64,000 nucleotides of DNA from IMG/VR virus record IMGVR_UViG_3300044825_001003, positions 1 through 64,000 of that record; one strand, written 5' to 3'. This document shows, in pieces, positions 34,706 to 44,190 of this stretch; the stretch's first letter is position 1; each line of letters begins with the position of its first letter. A program made the position numbers and the translations under genes. The DNA comes from a virus. The notes under the pieces were generated by a model. It did not search any database and was not told where the DNA came from. It saw nothing but the letters and a program-made list of their open reading frames with translations.

Positions 34706-35660
34706 ACTATTTATCCTGCTTGTATTGGCTGCTCTGTGCGTTTCGGCGCAGTGCGGCTATTTCGTCTATAATCCCATGACGCAGCGGCTGGACTGCTACC
34801 CTGTCCAGTTTGGCAGCACGAACAACGGCTTAGTCCCTCAGTCTGGAGGAGGCACTACTAACTTCCTTCGTGCTGACGGAACTTGGGCTCCAATTGGCGC
34901 ATTGACTGGCTCTCTTGGGTACTGGGGATCGTTTTACGACACAACCGATCAGAATAATGGCGGCACAACTGCGGCCAACTTGATGACTGTTAACTCCGCA
35001 GATCCCGCCAATAACGGCGTAACCATGGTTGACGGAAGTAAGCTGACGTTCGCGAACGCTGGCGTTTACAATATCCAGTTCTCTGCGCAGTTCATCAAGA
35101 CAGACAGCAATAACGATGACGTGGATATCTGGATTAAAAAGAACGGAACCAATATCCCGTTCACAAATAGCTCGATTACGATTACCGGAAATAACGGAAA
35201 GCTGATCGCTGCGTGGAACTTCGTAATCTCCCTCAATTCCGGAGACTACATTCAGTTTTATTGGCATTCAGCAGATATTGACGCATCCCTTCAGCACATG
35301 GACGCCAAGACCGACCCGGTAAGGCCAGATACTCCATCTATTATTCTTACTGCTCAGATGGTCACCTACGTTCAAAGCGCCGGGGGCTCTCTTGAAGTTG
35401 GATCTGCGATCGCTTCGGCGGCAACAATTGCCCCAACCAAGTCGATTACTCACGTCACCGGAACGACGACTATCTCGACAATTACCGCCCCTCTGAATTT
35501 TACCGGAACAAACAGGGGCGGGTGCTTGACTCTCATTCCAGATGGTTTATGGTCTACGAGCACTGCTGGCAATATCGCCCTAGCCACAACTGCGGTGGTA
35601 AGTAAAGCTTTAACTATGTGCTATGACGCTGGCACATCTAAGTGGTATCCAAGTTACTAA
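34692..35660 (+). CDS. Signal-peptide-bearing fibre-like protein (C1q/BclA-like domain)
   Basis: MGTTKLFILLVLAALCVSA|Q; FLRADGTW, YWGSFYDTTDQ, NAGVYNIQFSAQF; C-terminal IASAATIAP...KWYPSY. Confidence 0.75.
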   Translation: MGTTKLFILLVLAALCVSAQCGYFVYNPMTQRLDCYPVQFGSTNNGLVPQSGGGTTNFLRADGTWAPIGALTGSLGYWGSFYDTTDQNNGGTTAANLMTVNSADPANNGVTMVDGSKLTFANAGVYNIQFSAQFIKTDSNNDDVDIWIKKNGTNIPFTNSSITITGNNGKLIAAWNFVISLNSGDYIQFYWHSADIDASLQHMDAKTDPVRPDTPSIILTAQMVTYVQSAGGSLEVGSAIASAATIAPTKSITHVTGTTTISTITAPLNFTGTNRGGCLTLIPDGLWSTSTAGNIALATTAVVSKALTMCYDAGTSKWYPSY

Positions 35661-35668
35661 GGATTTAT

Positions 35669-36034
35669 ATGGCAGAAAAGAAGGCAGCTCCTGCAAAGAA
35701 AGCCGGTGGCCCTAAGCGAACCGGTGGAGGTATTGAGTACCGAGGAAAGAAGTTCCCTGGATACAATAAGCCAGTTAAGTCAGACCGGCCAGAGAAGAAG
35801 AAGATGGTCCTCGCTAAAGAGGGTGACAAGGTAAAGCTTGTTCACTTCGGGGATGCGAAGATGGGCCACAACTACTCTGCGGCAGCACGGAAGAGCTACA
35901 TGGCCCGCAGTGCTGGTATTAAAGGCAAGGACTCAAAGCTATCAGCTAACTACTGGTCTCGCAAAGTTTTATGGGCTGGCCCATCAGGGTCGAAAAAGGC
36001 TCCGCCCAAGGGCCAGAAAGTGAAGAAATACTAG
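35669..36034 (+). CDS. Lys-rich basic protein
   Basis: KLVHFGD...RKSYMARS...LSANYWSRKVLW. Confidence 0.75.
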   Translation: MAEKKAAPAKKAGGPKRTGGGIEYRGKKFPGYNKPVKSDRPEKKKMVLAKEGDKVKLVHFGDAKMGHNYSAAARKSYMARSAGIKGKDSKLSANYWSRKVLWAGPSGSKKAPPKGQKVKKY

Positions 36035-36035
36035 C

Positions 36036-36173
36036 ATGAAGCACGATAAGAAGATGGAAGAAAAGGGATTCCCCTTCAAGAAGGCCGCAAAGGGCAAGGC
36101 TGAAAAAGAAGCTCACGCCGACAAGAAGATGCCAAAGAAGGCAATGAAGAAAGTTGCCAAGAAAGGCAAATAG
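36036..36173 (+). CDS. Very small Lys-rich protein (45 aa)
   Basis: MKHDKKMEEKGFPFKKAAKGK...KKGK, translated manually. Confidence 0.55.
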   Translation: MKHDKKMEEKGFPFKKAAKGKAEKEAHADKKMPKKAMKKVAKKGK

Positions 36174-36175
36174 CC

Positions 36176-36592
36176 ATGGCCGTCAACGCTGCCAAGAACT
36201 ACACTAAGCCTGGATTAAGAGCTAAGATTGTCGCCTCTGTAAAGGCTGGCAGTAAGGGCGGTAAGCCAGGGCAGTGGAGCGCTCGAAAGAGCCAGATCGT
36301 AGCCAAGAAGTATAAAGAGGCTGGCGGCGGATACAAGGGGAGCAAGGCCGCTCCCCAGAAATCTTTAAGTAAATGGACCTGCGAAGAATGGGGAACTCGA
36401 AGCGGTAAGCCGTCCACCCAAGGCCCCAAAGCCACGGGTGAGCGGTATCTACCTAAAAAGGCCATCAAAGCCATGCCCGCAAAGACTTACGCTGAATCTA
36501 CTAAGAAGAAAAGAGCTGACCTTGCAAAAGGAAAGCAATTCTCCAAGCAGCCGAAGGCGGCTGCATCTATAGCAAAGAGGCACCGTAAGTGA
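36176..36592 (+). CDS. Lys-rich basic protein (DUF5872-like)
   Basis: GGKPGQWSARKSQ..Y..AGGGY, QKSLSKW..EEW.T, ERYLPKKA. Confidence 0.8.
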   Translation: MAVNAAKNYTKPGLRAKIVASVKAGSKGGKPGQWSARKSQIVAKKYKEAGGGYKGSKAAPQKSLSKWTCEEWGTRSGKPSTQGPKATGERYLPKKAIKAMPAKTYAESTKKKRADLAKGKQFSKQPKAAASIAKRHRK

Positions 36593-36593
36593 T

Positions 36594-36872
36594 ATGCAAT
36601 CAAACGCAGGGGCTGAAGTCAGCCTTATAAAGACGGTCATAGATTCGGGTGGATTTACAGCCCTGACAGTAGCTTTGATGTATGCAGTAAAGACCTTATG
36701 GCATCTAGTAATGTCAAAAGACAGTCAGTTGGTGGAAGAAAGAAACAAGCGCGAAGAACTGGTAAGGGAATCTATTATCGCCAGTCGCTCCATGTTTGAG
36801 TCTACTCAAAAAATCGTCCAAGCATTAGATAGAATAGAGAGGAAGGTCCAGGCGCATGACCAAGATAGCTAG
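36594..36872 (+). CDS. Single-TM holin-like protein
   Basis: GGFTALTVALMYAV TM segment followed by a coiled coil. Confidence 0.55.
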   Translation: MQSNAGAEVSLIKTVIDSGGFTALTVALMYAVKTLWHLVMSKDSQLVEERNKREELVRESIIASRSMFESTQKIVQALDRIERKVQAHDQDS

Positions 36873-37047
36873 TTGGATAGAGTCATACATGCCGAGCAAC
36901 AAACCGCAAGCAGGAAACAAGGCAGCACTTGAGCTTGATTCCTTGCAAAACGATGCGATTAAGCAGCTTAAGGAAGGCCGGGAATTCATGGTTTCCGCTA
37001 TCGAATCTATTAGTTCCAGATACAATAATGAGCAAAAAGTCAGATAA
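36856..37047 (+). CDS. Hypothetical protein
   Basis: Overlap-coupled ORF. Confidence 0.45.
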   Translation: MTKIASWIESYMPSNKPQAGNKAALELDSLQNDAIKQLKEGREFMVSAIESISSRYNNEQKVR

Positions 37048-37459
37048 AGACCTAGAATCACTTGAGATTATCGTAAGAGACAAGAGCGAGATTGCAGCGC
37101 CAACCTCAGAAGGTTTTGATAAATGGATTAAGGAACGGCTGATTGCCGACGCTCCAGACTACTACGACAAGCTGCGCAACTCTATCATTAAACACTTAGA
37201 CAATGACACGCCGAGTGTTAAGGTAATGGAGTTAGCGGCAGAAATCCTCGGCTTAAAGTCTTCTGGCGGCGTAAATATCACCCAAAATATCCTTACTCAA
37301 AACGGCAACACTACCGTAAACAATGGGAGTTCGGTATCACTGGAGGCTCTAGTAAAGCAGATGGAAGCCAGGGATTCCAATGCAAAGCAGCAAGCCGAAG
37401 TTATAGATGTAGAGTTTGTAGATAATCCCAAAGGAGATTCAGGTGGCAAAAAAGGCTGA
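37028..37459 (+). CDS. Putative terminase small subunit
   Basis: Position upstream of TerL; ELAAEILGL...VNITQN...EVIDVE pattern. Confidence 0.5.
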   Translation: MSKKSDKDLESLEIIVRDKSEIAAPTSEGFDKWIKERLIADAPDYYDKLRNSIIKHLDNDTPSVKVMELAAEILGLKSSGGVNITQNILTQNGNTTVNNGSSVSLEALVKQMEARDSNAKQQAEVIDVEFVDNPKGDSGGKKG

Positions 37460-37616
37460 CAAGATCAAGAAGGTAATGAAGGAATTCAAAGAAGGGAAGC
37501 TCCATTCCGGTTCTAAAAAAGGCCCTGTCGTAAAGAATCCCAAGCAAGCGATTGCGATTGCAATTAGCGAGGCAAAGAAGGGCGGAAAAACGATGGAGAT
37601 GAAAAAGAAGAAGTGA
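37443..37616 (+). CDS. Small basic protein (DUF6496-like, 57 aa)
   Basis: KIKKVMKEFKEGKLHSGSKKGPVVKNPKQAIAIAISEA; GTG start with RBS AAGGAG. Confidence 0.8.
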   Translation: MAKKADKIKKVMKEFKEGKLHSGSKKGPVVKNPKQAIAIAISEAKKGGKTMEMKKKK

Positions 37617-39799
37617 TATTACCCCCAAAGGAACTACGATCCCGGACTAGAAGTAACCATGTCTGGGATCTGGTTGAATATTTAGAGACTGGAAAGTTTG
37701 AGAAAATTCCTGAAGAAGATCGGTTTAAGTTACTGAACAATCAGGAGTTGGCTCTTATCGCGGCAGAGCTGGAGCTGTGCCGAAACGACTTTCGGTATGC
37801 AGCCAGTAACTACTTTTGGATATCCGATAAAGAAGGTAATGACCGCCTGTTTGAACTTTGGGACGGGCAAGAGCTGGTACTACAGAAGCTAGAGGACATG
37901 AAGAAGCGCGGGAAACCGCAGCGCATCTGCCTCATTAAAGCCCGACAGCTTGGCCTATCCCTTCTCGGCTGCGGTATCGTGGCCTGGGTTTGCATGTTCC
38001 GGTCTAATCGCAGAGGGATGATCGTATCGGAAGACGAAGATCAGTCACAGAATCTATTTAACAGCTATCTATCTCCGATTTACCGGCAGTTGCCGTGGTG
38101 GTTGCGTCCGAAGAACAGCTCCTTCAAATTGGATACCGGTATCGTGCTGGACGTTCCTGCTAAAGAGGGCGGGTTGGGGCTTAACTCTCTTATTCGCGTT
38201 CAGTGGGCTAATCGAAAAGGCGGTCTCGGCCAGGGTTACCGACTTAATGCTTTCCATGGGTCAGAGTTTACTTCCTGGGCCGACCTACAAGGGACGCTAG
38301 AAGAAGATCTTAAGTACGCCCTAGTGAATAGTCCAGATACTATCGCTATCTTGGAATCTACCGCTAAAGGCGCTGGCACAGAGAGTCACGCTTTCTACAA
38401 GAAGTGCGTCAACCTAGGGGACAAGGCGGACTGGGAGCCAGTATTCTTGCCGTACTTCTTTGAGCGGAAGCGCGTACTCGCCCCTCCGTCTGGCTGGCGC
38501 GTCACTGAAGAAGAGAAGCGGATGCGCGATGTCGTCGAGTCTAACTGGTCTCGGTGTAGCGTAAAGACCTGTGGGCGGTACTTCAATCGCAAGACTCCTA
38601 CCGGAACGAGAGACGGAGAGACTTGCCCAGTTTGCAATGAGGGCACGCTTGATCCCTATATCCTGACAGACGATCAGATCTACTTTATCGTCAATGAGCG
38701 TATCAACGCCAGTAACACTAAATCAATCAAGCAAGAGCTTGCCCTGACCGCCGAAGAAGCCTTTATCGCAAAAGGCGAACAGGTGTTTAGCGAGAAGGCA
38801 ATTGAGAACCTTGAGTATTTTACCGAGCGTTCCCCTAAGCCATTAAAGGGATTCTTTGATCGCCATGGGTATTTCCATGGATACAACGATAACGACCTAA
38901 CCCGTAAGTGCCACCTGGACGGGTGCGCCATGTTCCACGAAGGCGAAGACCTTCATCTTTGGGTATGGGAAAAGCCAATTGTAAATGCTCGATATCAGAT
39001 CGGTGTTGACGTAGGATACGGCAAGGGTAAGGATTATTCAGTTGCCTGGGTAAACCGAGTTGGCTCGGCTGGCAGTGATGATGTTCACGTAGCTACGCTT
39101 AGGACGAACATGATTGATCCGCTGTCACTGGCCTATGAGATTGCTAAGTTAGGCAAGTGGTATAACGACGCCCAGGTTGCGGTGGAGTATAACACTCCTG
39201 GCAATTCTACAGCAGATCAGCTTCTGACGAACCTAGCTTACCCAAACTGCTATCGCAGGAAGACTACTACCGGCGCTCCGCACTGGCTAACGCTTCAAAA
39301 CACAAAACCAAAGCTGATCGTAACGGCTGATAGATGGCTCAAGGAGGGTATCTTTGTAGCTAGAGACCCTCGCCTTCTTGATGAAGTAAAGGTATTTACC
39401 AGTGTTGACGGAAGCCTTAGGACTGGCGCTCAAGGCGGATTCAACGATGACGTTGTGATGGCCGCGATGATCTGCTTGTTCACGGCACATGAGGGCGATT
39501 ACGAAGATAATTACGGCATTGTCCCTAACAAGATCGAAAGAACCCCAGATACCTGCGACTACAAGATGACGTGCAATAAATGCGATAAAGTCTGGGGCGC
39601 TGACTCTCCAGGGACGATTCGCAATTGCCCGTTCTGCAATTCCATGTTCATCAAAGCGGCCAGGAATATAAACGTCCCAATTGCTAGGCCGCAAGACCCA
39701 CGAAACGACCTGCGAGACTTTGACCCGCAGCCAGACGGAGAGCATTCTTCCTACGGAAGTGACCGAGATTGGCACGTCAAAGACTACGCCCAGTTGTAA
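37613..39799 (+). CDS. terL: Terminase large subunit with Zn-ribbon insertions
   Basis: IKARQLGLS (Walker A), FHGSEF (Walker B), ESTAKG, nuclease IGVDVGYGKGKDYS and DDVVMA. Confidence 0.93.
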   Translation: MILPPKELRSRTRSNHVWDLVEYLETGKFEKIPEEDRFKLLNNQELALIAAELELCRNDFRYAASNYFWISDKEGNDRLFELWDGQELVLQKLEDMKKRGKPQRICLIKARQLGLSLLGCGIVAWVCMFRSNRRGMIVSEDEDQSQNLFNSYLSPIYRQLPWWLRPKNSSFKLDTGIVLDVPAKEGGLGLNSLIRVQWANRKGGLGQGYRLNAFHGSEFTSWADLQGTLEEDLKYALVNSPDTIAILESTAKGAGTESHAFYKKCVNLGDKADWEPVFLPYFFERKRVLAPPSGWRVTEEEKRMRDVVESNWSRCSVKTCGRYFNRKTPTGTRDGETCPVCNEGTLDPYILTDDQIYFIVNERINASNTKSIKQELALTAEEAFIAKGEQVFSEKAIENLEYFTERSPKPLKGFFDRHGYFHGYNDNDLTRKCHLDGCAMFHEGEDLHLWVWEKPIVNARYQIGVDVGYGKGKDYSVAWVNRVGSAGSDDVHVATLRTNMIDPLSLAYEIAKLGKWYNDAQVAVEYNTPGNSTADQLLTNLAYPNCYRRKTTTGAPHWLTLQNTKPKLIVTADRWLKEGIFVARDPRLLDEVKVFTSVDGSLRTGAQGGFNDDVVMAAMICLFTAHEGDYEDNYGIVPNKIERTPDTCDYKMTCNKCDKVWGADSPGTIRNCPFCNSMFIKAARNINVPIARPQDPRNDLRDFDPQPDGEHSSYGSDRDWHVKDYAQL

Positions 39800-39840
39800 A
39801 TTGTTATCCTTTTGACTTTGAAAAACGGTAATATCTAATT

Positions 39841-40383
39841 ATGGCAAAGAGCACAAAATCAACGAATGTTCAAGTGAATCTCGAACTATCTATCCCCCAG
39901 AGCGACTACGCTGTATTTGAAGAAGTCGCCGCACCTCAGCCGGTGGAAGATTACGTAAAAGCTTGCGTAACGAATTATCTCTCTGCGTATGCCAATGGTG
40001 GACTGATGCTTTCAGCCGAAGACCTGACAGAGATCGGAGAGGCCAGTGGAAATGAAGTGACCTCTTCTTCTGATATTGTTGAAGCGGTGAAGTCTGGCGC
40101 AGGTAAGAGCACTGCTAATTCTTTTCAGATCTCCGTAGACCCAAGTTTGACGGTGAATATTGAAGACTCAGCCAAGTTCTTAGGCATCACTCCAGAGCAG
40201 TGGGTATATAACTGCTGGAGCCACATCCTTGCTAACGGCTGGCTGTATGAAGTAAGCAACGATGTCACATGGATTCCATTTAGCAAAGATCAGTGCGAAG
40301 TGATCCGTAAAGCCGCTGGTAAGGATTGTAAATCTTCCGCTGATTTCATGGATGCAGTTACTGCAAAATCGGGAGTAAAGTAA
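39841..40383 (+). CDS. Hypothetical protein, leaderless layout
   Basis: TAATAT-6 nt-ATG. Confidence 0.7.
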   Translation: MAKSTKSTNVQVNLELSIPQSDYAVFEEVAAPQPVEDYVKACVTNYLSAYANGGLMLSAEDLTEIGEASGNEVTSSSDIVEAVKSGAGKSTANSFQISVDPSLTVNIEDSAKFLGITPEQWVYNCWSHILANGWLYEVSNDVTWIPFSKDQCEVIRKAAGKDCKSSADFMDAVTAKSGVK

Positions 40384-40386
40384 GAC

Positions 40387-40773
40387 ATGCCTACTTACGA
40401 GGGGACATGCAAGAACGAATCCTGTGAAAAGGCTGGGGCGCTATTTGAGTTTTTCGTAAGACGTTGGACCTCGCCTAATCCCAAATGCCCTAATTGTGGA
40501 ACCGAAGTGCATAGGTATCTATGTGCTCCAAATGTTGTTTGGGCAAAAGATGTAGGTCAGTATCTGGGCCAGAACTCTGAAGGGCATTGGGCGCACGCTC
40601 GTAATGAGCAGGGCGAACCGGTAAAGCATTTTATTCGCACACGCCAAGACCAGAAAGAGTTTTGCAAGCGCTATGGGTACTATGACCCAAATGATCTGCC
40701 CTCATCTTGTACCGCTGACGAGAATGGTGTAACAAAGAAAAACACCAGCGGTGAAAAGGGACAGTGGATTTAA
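40387..40773 (+). CDS. FmdB-like Zn-ribbon protein
   Basis: MPTYEGTC...C...FE...PKCPNCG. Confidence 0.75.
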   Translation: MPTYEGTCKNESCEKAGALFEFFVRRWTSPNPKCPNCGTEVHRYLCAPNVVWAKDVGQYLGQNSEGHWAHARNEQGEPVKHFIRTRQDQKEFCKRYGYYDPNDLPSSCTADENGVTKKNTSGEKGQWI

Positions 40774-40776
40774 GCC

Positions 40777-42666
40777 ATGGAAAGACTACCTCATTCGCCA
40801 TCTTTAGCGAAAACAGGCGAGACGCCTGAGTACCGAGCCAATTATCTCCGCAAGGTAAAAGAGTGGCGAGATGGCACGAAGGAGCAGGCTTTCCTGTCTT
40901 ATCGTAATTCTATCGAGTACTCAAACATTGAGAAGTATATTCGATACCTAGAGGGTGCGCAATGGGATAATAAGCGCCCTCGATACAAGAGCCGATATGT
41001 CGATAACAAGATGGAACTAATCCGCCGAGAGAGACTATCTCTTCTTACGGATTCTCGCCCATCAATCGACGTAAGTACAAATGTTGAAGCATACGACGAA
41101 CCCGCTAACGTGATTGGAAACACGCTGCGGGCAGAGTGGCTGCGTCAGAATATGTCCGATGCTTTAGTGGACGTAGTTGACATGGCCATGCTTCATGGCG
41201 TTGCCTATTGGAGAATAGGCGCGTCATCACCTGGATCAATGCGGGTTGTTCCTCTTGGGCCGGATAATGTACTTCCGATTCAACCCAGCAAGACGAGTCT
41301 TCAAGATTCCGCCGCCGTCTTGTATAGGAACTGGAAGCCGATCTCCTACTTTAAGAAAGTGTTCCCTATGAGCGCACAGGGAATTGAGGATCAGGCTAAA
41401 TACTGGGAGTCAAAATCACAGGACAAATACTCCCGTCCCGCGCACATACCCGAATACACCTGGAGTCAGATGTCACCAGCTTTCCGAAAGCTAGTTGGCG
41501 TACAGACAGGTGATTACAGTGCCTATGGAGCTAAGATGTACGGCTCTATCGAACTGGAAGAGTATTACGTTGACGATCTAAGTATCAATGAATCGAATAA
41601 AGAAGTTGTCGTAAGAGATCCATTCCTTCCGCCAGACATGCACAACTGGTGGTATACAGTAAAGCCAGGGCAAAGACTGTACCCACGTAAGCGGCTTATC
41701 ATCTTCGCTGGAGACCGGCTGCTTTATGATGGCCCGTCCCCGTTCTGGCACGGCATGTATCCATTCGTGGATCTTCGACTCAACCCAGTTCCGTGGTCGT
41801 TTTATGGTTTAAGTACCTACCGTTCTCTTCTTCCGATGCAGGATGCGATTAACGAAATCCCTGCCGGTATGCTAGATATGACGAAACGGGTACTCAACCC
41901 CACTCTTATCGCTAAGTCTAACGTGGCTTCAGAAGCCGCATGGCGCGAGTATCTTAGCGATATGCCAGGGGCTAGACTCAAGGTAAACCCGAACGTGAAC
42001 ATCGGCGCAGATATTCAGTACGGTCAGATTCCAGCCGTTCCTCAGTACGTAATTGCCCTACTCCAAGGTGTGATTATGCCTGAGTTCGACAAGATGAGCG
42101 GCATCATGGACATGTCGAGACTTGCCGGAAAGAATCAACTTCCTTCCGGCGAGACAATCGACCAGATGAGGGATACATTGCAGACGCCACTACGCAGAGA
42201 AGAACGCTATATTGAATCGTTCTTGCAGCGATGCGGTACGCAAGCGGTATCTAACGTAATTCAGTTTTACACTGCATCTCAGCGTTTGAGGATGCTTGGA
42301 GAAAACGGTCTTAGTTGGGAAGACTTTACTTTTGATCCAGGTAAGTTGTATCCAGGTGGCGCAGGAGACTTTGACAAGCAGAGAAAAGAAACCTTCTGGT
42401 CAATGTTCTCTTTAACCGTTAAGCCTGGGTCGATTCATTCTGGTGCTAAGGACCGTGAGAAGGTGGAAGCCGTAAGCCTCGCAGCTCGTGGCCTAATCTC
42501 CAGGAAGGAGCTTTATCGCAGACTTGAGATTGACCCAGAAAGAGCAGATCAAATCCTAGCAGAACTAATGGAGGAGGCGCAAGCAACCGCCTCTCTCCAG
42601 ACTTCAGCAAGAGCCCCTAGGACAGTAGGGGAGCAAAGCGGACCATCCGCCCCGATGCCGGGGTAA
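40777..42666 (+). CDS. Portal protein
   Basis: 629 aa after TerL; YPFV.L...P.PWSFYG.S....LLPMQD.IN pattern of podovirus-type portals. Confidence 0.88.
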   Translation: MERLPHSPSLAKTGETPEYRANYLRKVKEWRDGTKEQAFLSYRNSIEYSNIEKYIRYLEGAQWDNKRPRYKSRYVDNKMELIRRERLSLLTDSRPSIDVSTNVEAYDEPANVIGNTLRAEWLRQNMSDALVDVVDMAMLHGVAYWRIGASSPGSMRVVPLGPDNVLPIQPSKTSLQDSAAVLYRNWKPISYFKKVFPMSAQGIEDQAKYWESKSQDKYSRPAHIPEYTWSQMSPAFRKLVGVQTGDYSAYGAKMYGSIELEEYYVDDLSINESNKEVVVRDPFLPPDMHNWWYTVKPGQRLYPRKRLIIFAGDRLLYDGPSPFWHGMYPFVDLRLNPVPWSFYGLSTYRSLLPMQDAINEIPAGMLDMTKRVLNPTLIAKSNVASEAAWREYLSDMPGARLKVNPNVNIGADIQYGQIPAVPQYVIALLQGVIMPEFDKMSGIMDMSRLAGKNQLPSGETIDQMRDTLQTPLRREERYIESFLQRCGTQAVSNVIQFYTASQRLRMLGENGLSWEDFTFDPGKLYPGGAGDFDKQRKETFWSMFSLTVKPGSIHSGAKDREKVEAVSLAARGLISRKELYRRLEIDPERADQILAELMEEAQATASLQTSARAPRTVGEQSGPSAPMPG

Positions 42667-42677
42667 TGAGGTAAAGT

Positions 42678-43376
42678 TTGCCTAGAAAACAAGCAACTAA
42701 GTCTAAGCCTAAAGCATTTGAAACAGGATTTACGCTTAGAGATATTAAACCATTAACCGAGAATCAAGCAGCAGCATTTGAACATTACGAAGACGGCAAG
42801 CATCTACTACTTGCTGGCATGGCTGGGACAGGGAAAAGCTTTATCGCTTTATACCTTTGCCTTAAAGATTTAATCGAAGGCAAGCTATCTAGCGTTTTGA
42901 TTATGAGAAGCACTGTACCTAGCCGAGATATGGGCTTTCTCCCAGGAACGCTAGAAGAAAAGCTCTCAGCATACGAAGATCCATACCGGCAGATAGTCAA
43001 TAACCTATTCGGCAGGGACGATGCTTGGTTTATTATGTGCAAGAAAGGCCATATTAAACTCTCGTCTACAAGCTATCTTCGAGGGGTAACCTACAAGAAC
43101 GTAGGCATTATCCTGGATGAATCGCAGAACTGCACCCTCCATGAACTCGACACTGTAATTACAAGAGTCGGCTCGGGCTGTCGGGTGTTTGTCTGTGGCG
43201 ACGAAAGGCAGTCGGACTTAATTGGCAGCAAGATCCCGCAAGGCATGACGCACTTCCGCCAGATCCTTTCTTACGTGCCAGAATTCCGATCAGTCAGCTT
43301 TGGCATTGAAGATATTGTCAGATCTGGGCTAGTAAAGAACTACATACTGGCTAAACATAAGCTCGGATTAAACTAG
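42678..43376 (+). CDS. phoH: PhoH-family ATPase
   Basis: PLTENQ, GMAGTGKS, MGFLPG, YLRG.T, ILDESQN, TRVG, GDERQSD, DIVRSGLV. Confidence 0.95.
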   Translation: MPRKQATKSKPKAFETGFTLRDIKPLTENQAAAFEHYEDGKHLLLAGMAGTGKSFIALYLCLKDLIEGKLSSVLIMRSTVPSRDMGFLPGTLEEKLSAYEDPYRQIVNNLFGRDDAWFIMCKKGHIKLSSTSYLRGVTYKNVGIILDESQNCTLHELDTVITRVGSGCRVFVCGDERQSDLIGSKIPQGMTHFRQILSYVPEFRSVSFGIEDIVRSGLVKNYILAKHKLGLN

Positions 43377-43467
43377 TATTAAATTTTTCTTTGCAGTATG
43401 AATGACGTATGTACAAGAATTAGATTAGAGCCTCAATAGGTTTAAACCTATAGGCTAAGGAGATCAG

Positions 43468-43743
43468 ATGAACGCACAGATCATTGGCACTTCTCAACCC
43501 GTCAAGAACGAGCCACGGAATGTGCTGCCTGAAAACCACGGTAAGCCACAGGCTCAGACGATTGGTACAACGATGCCTCTACAGACAGTTGCATCCAACG
43601 TCAAGTACGGGGCCGGTACTCGCAGTGGTCAGTTCCAAGTAATTGGTGAGCAGATTAAGATGAGTGATGCTCCCGTTCTTGGCTATCAGTCGGCCAACAC
43701 TCCGATGTCTAACCGGGCTGTAGACAGCAAGAAGGGTTTCTAA
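43468..43743 (+). CDS. Head-module hypothetical protein
   Basis: RBS AAGGAG; QIIG repeats. Confidence 0.7.
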   Translation: MNAQIIGTSQPVKNEPRNVLPENHGKPQAQTIGTTMPLQTVASNVKYGAGTRSGQFQVIGEQIKMSDAPVLGYQSANTPMSNRAVDSKKGF

Positions 43744-43752
43744 GGATATATC

Positions 43753-44106
43753 ATGGGTCCAGTATCAGGCGCACCGCCAATGTCACCAGATGTAATGGCT
43801 CAGCAAATGCCACCGATGGCTGCTTTTGCAGATCAAGGTCGGAGCATGGTTGGCGGCGGTGCCAATCCAGAGGCTGCTGATCCCATGAAGTACGTACAGG
43901 GTTTGCTCGACGAAATTGCAGGCAGTCTTATGAAGGTTGCGCAAGTCGTCGGCCAGAGCAAGCGAGAGCTTATGCCTATCGTTCAAAAGATGGCTGAAGC
44001 TGGCTCGATGCTCACGAACGAAATTCAGTCGAAAGCTCCACAGCCCGAGACTGCTCAGGCGCCTCCGCAAGCGGAAGGCCCTGGCGGTATGGGCCTAGGG
44101 GCTTAA
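43753..44106 (+). CDS. Head-module hypothetical protein
   Basis: Pro/Met/Gln-rich ORF with an RBS. Confidence 0.7.
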   Translation: MGPVSGAPPMSPDVMAQQMPPMAAFADQGRSMVGGGANPEAADPMKYVQGLLDEIAGSLMKVAQVVGQSKRELMPIVQKMAEAGSMLTNEIQSKAPQPETAQAPPQAEGPGGMGLGA

Positions 44107-44190
44107 CCCAAAAATAGCAGGCAACTACCCTGGGCTGGCGTCGAAAGACAGGTTACAGGAACTGGTTAGCTGGAGCTGTTGAAAGGTGAA

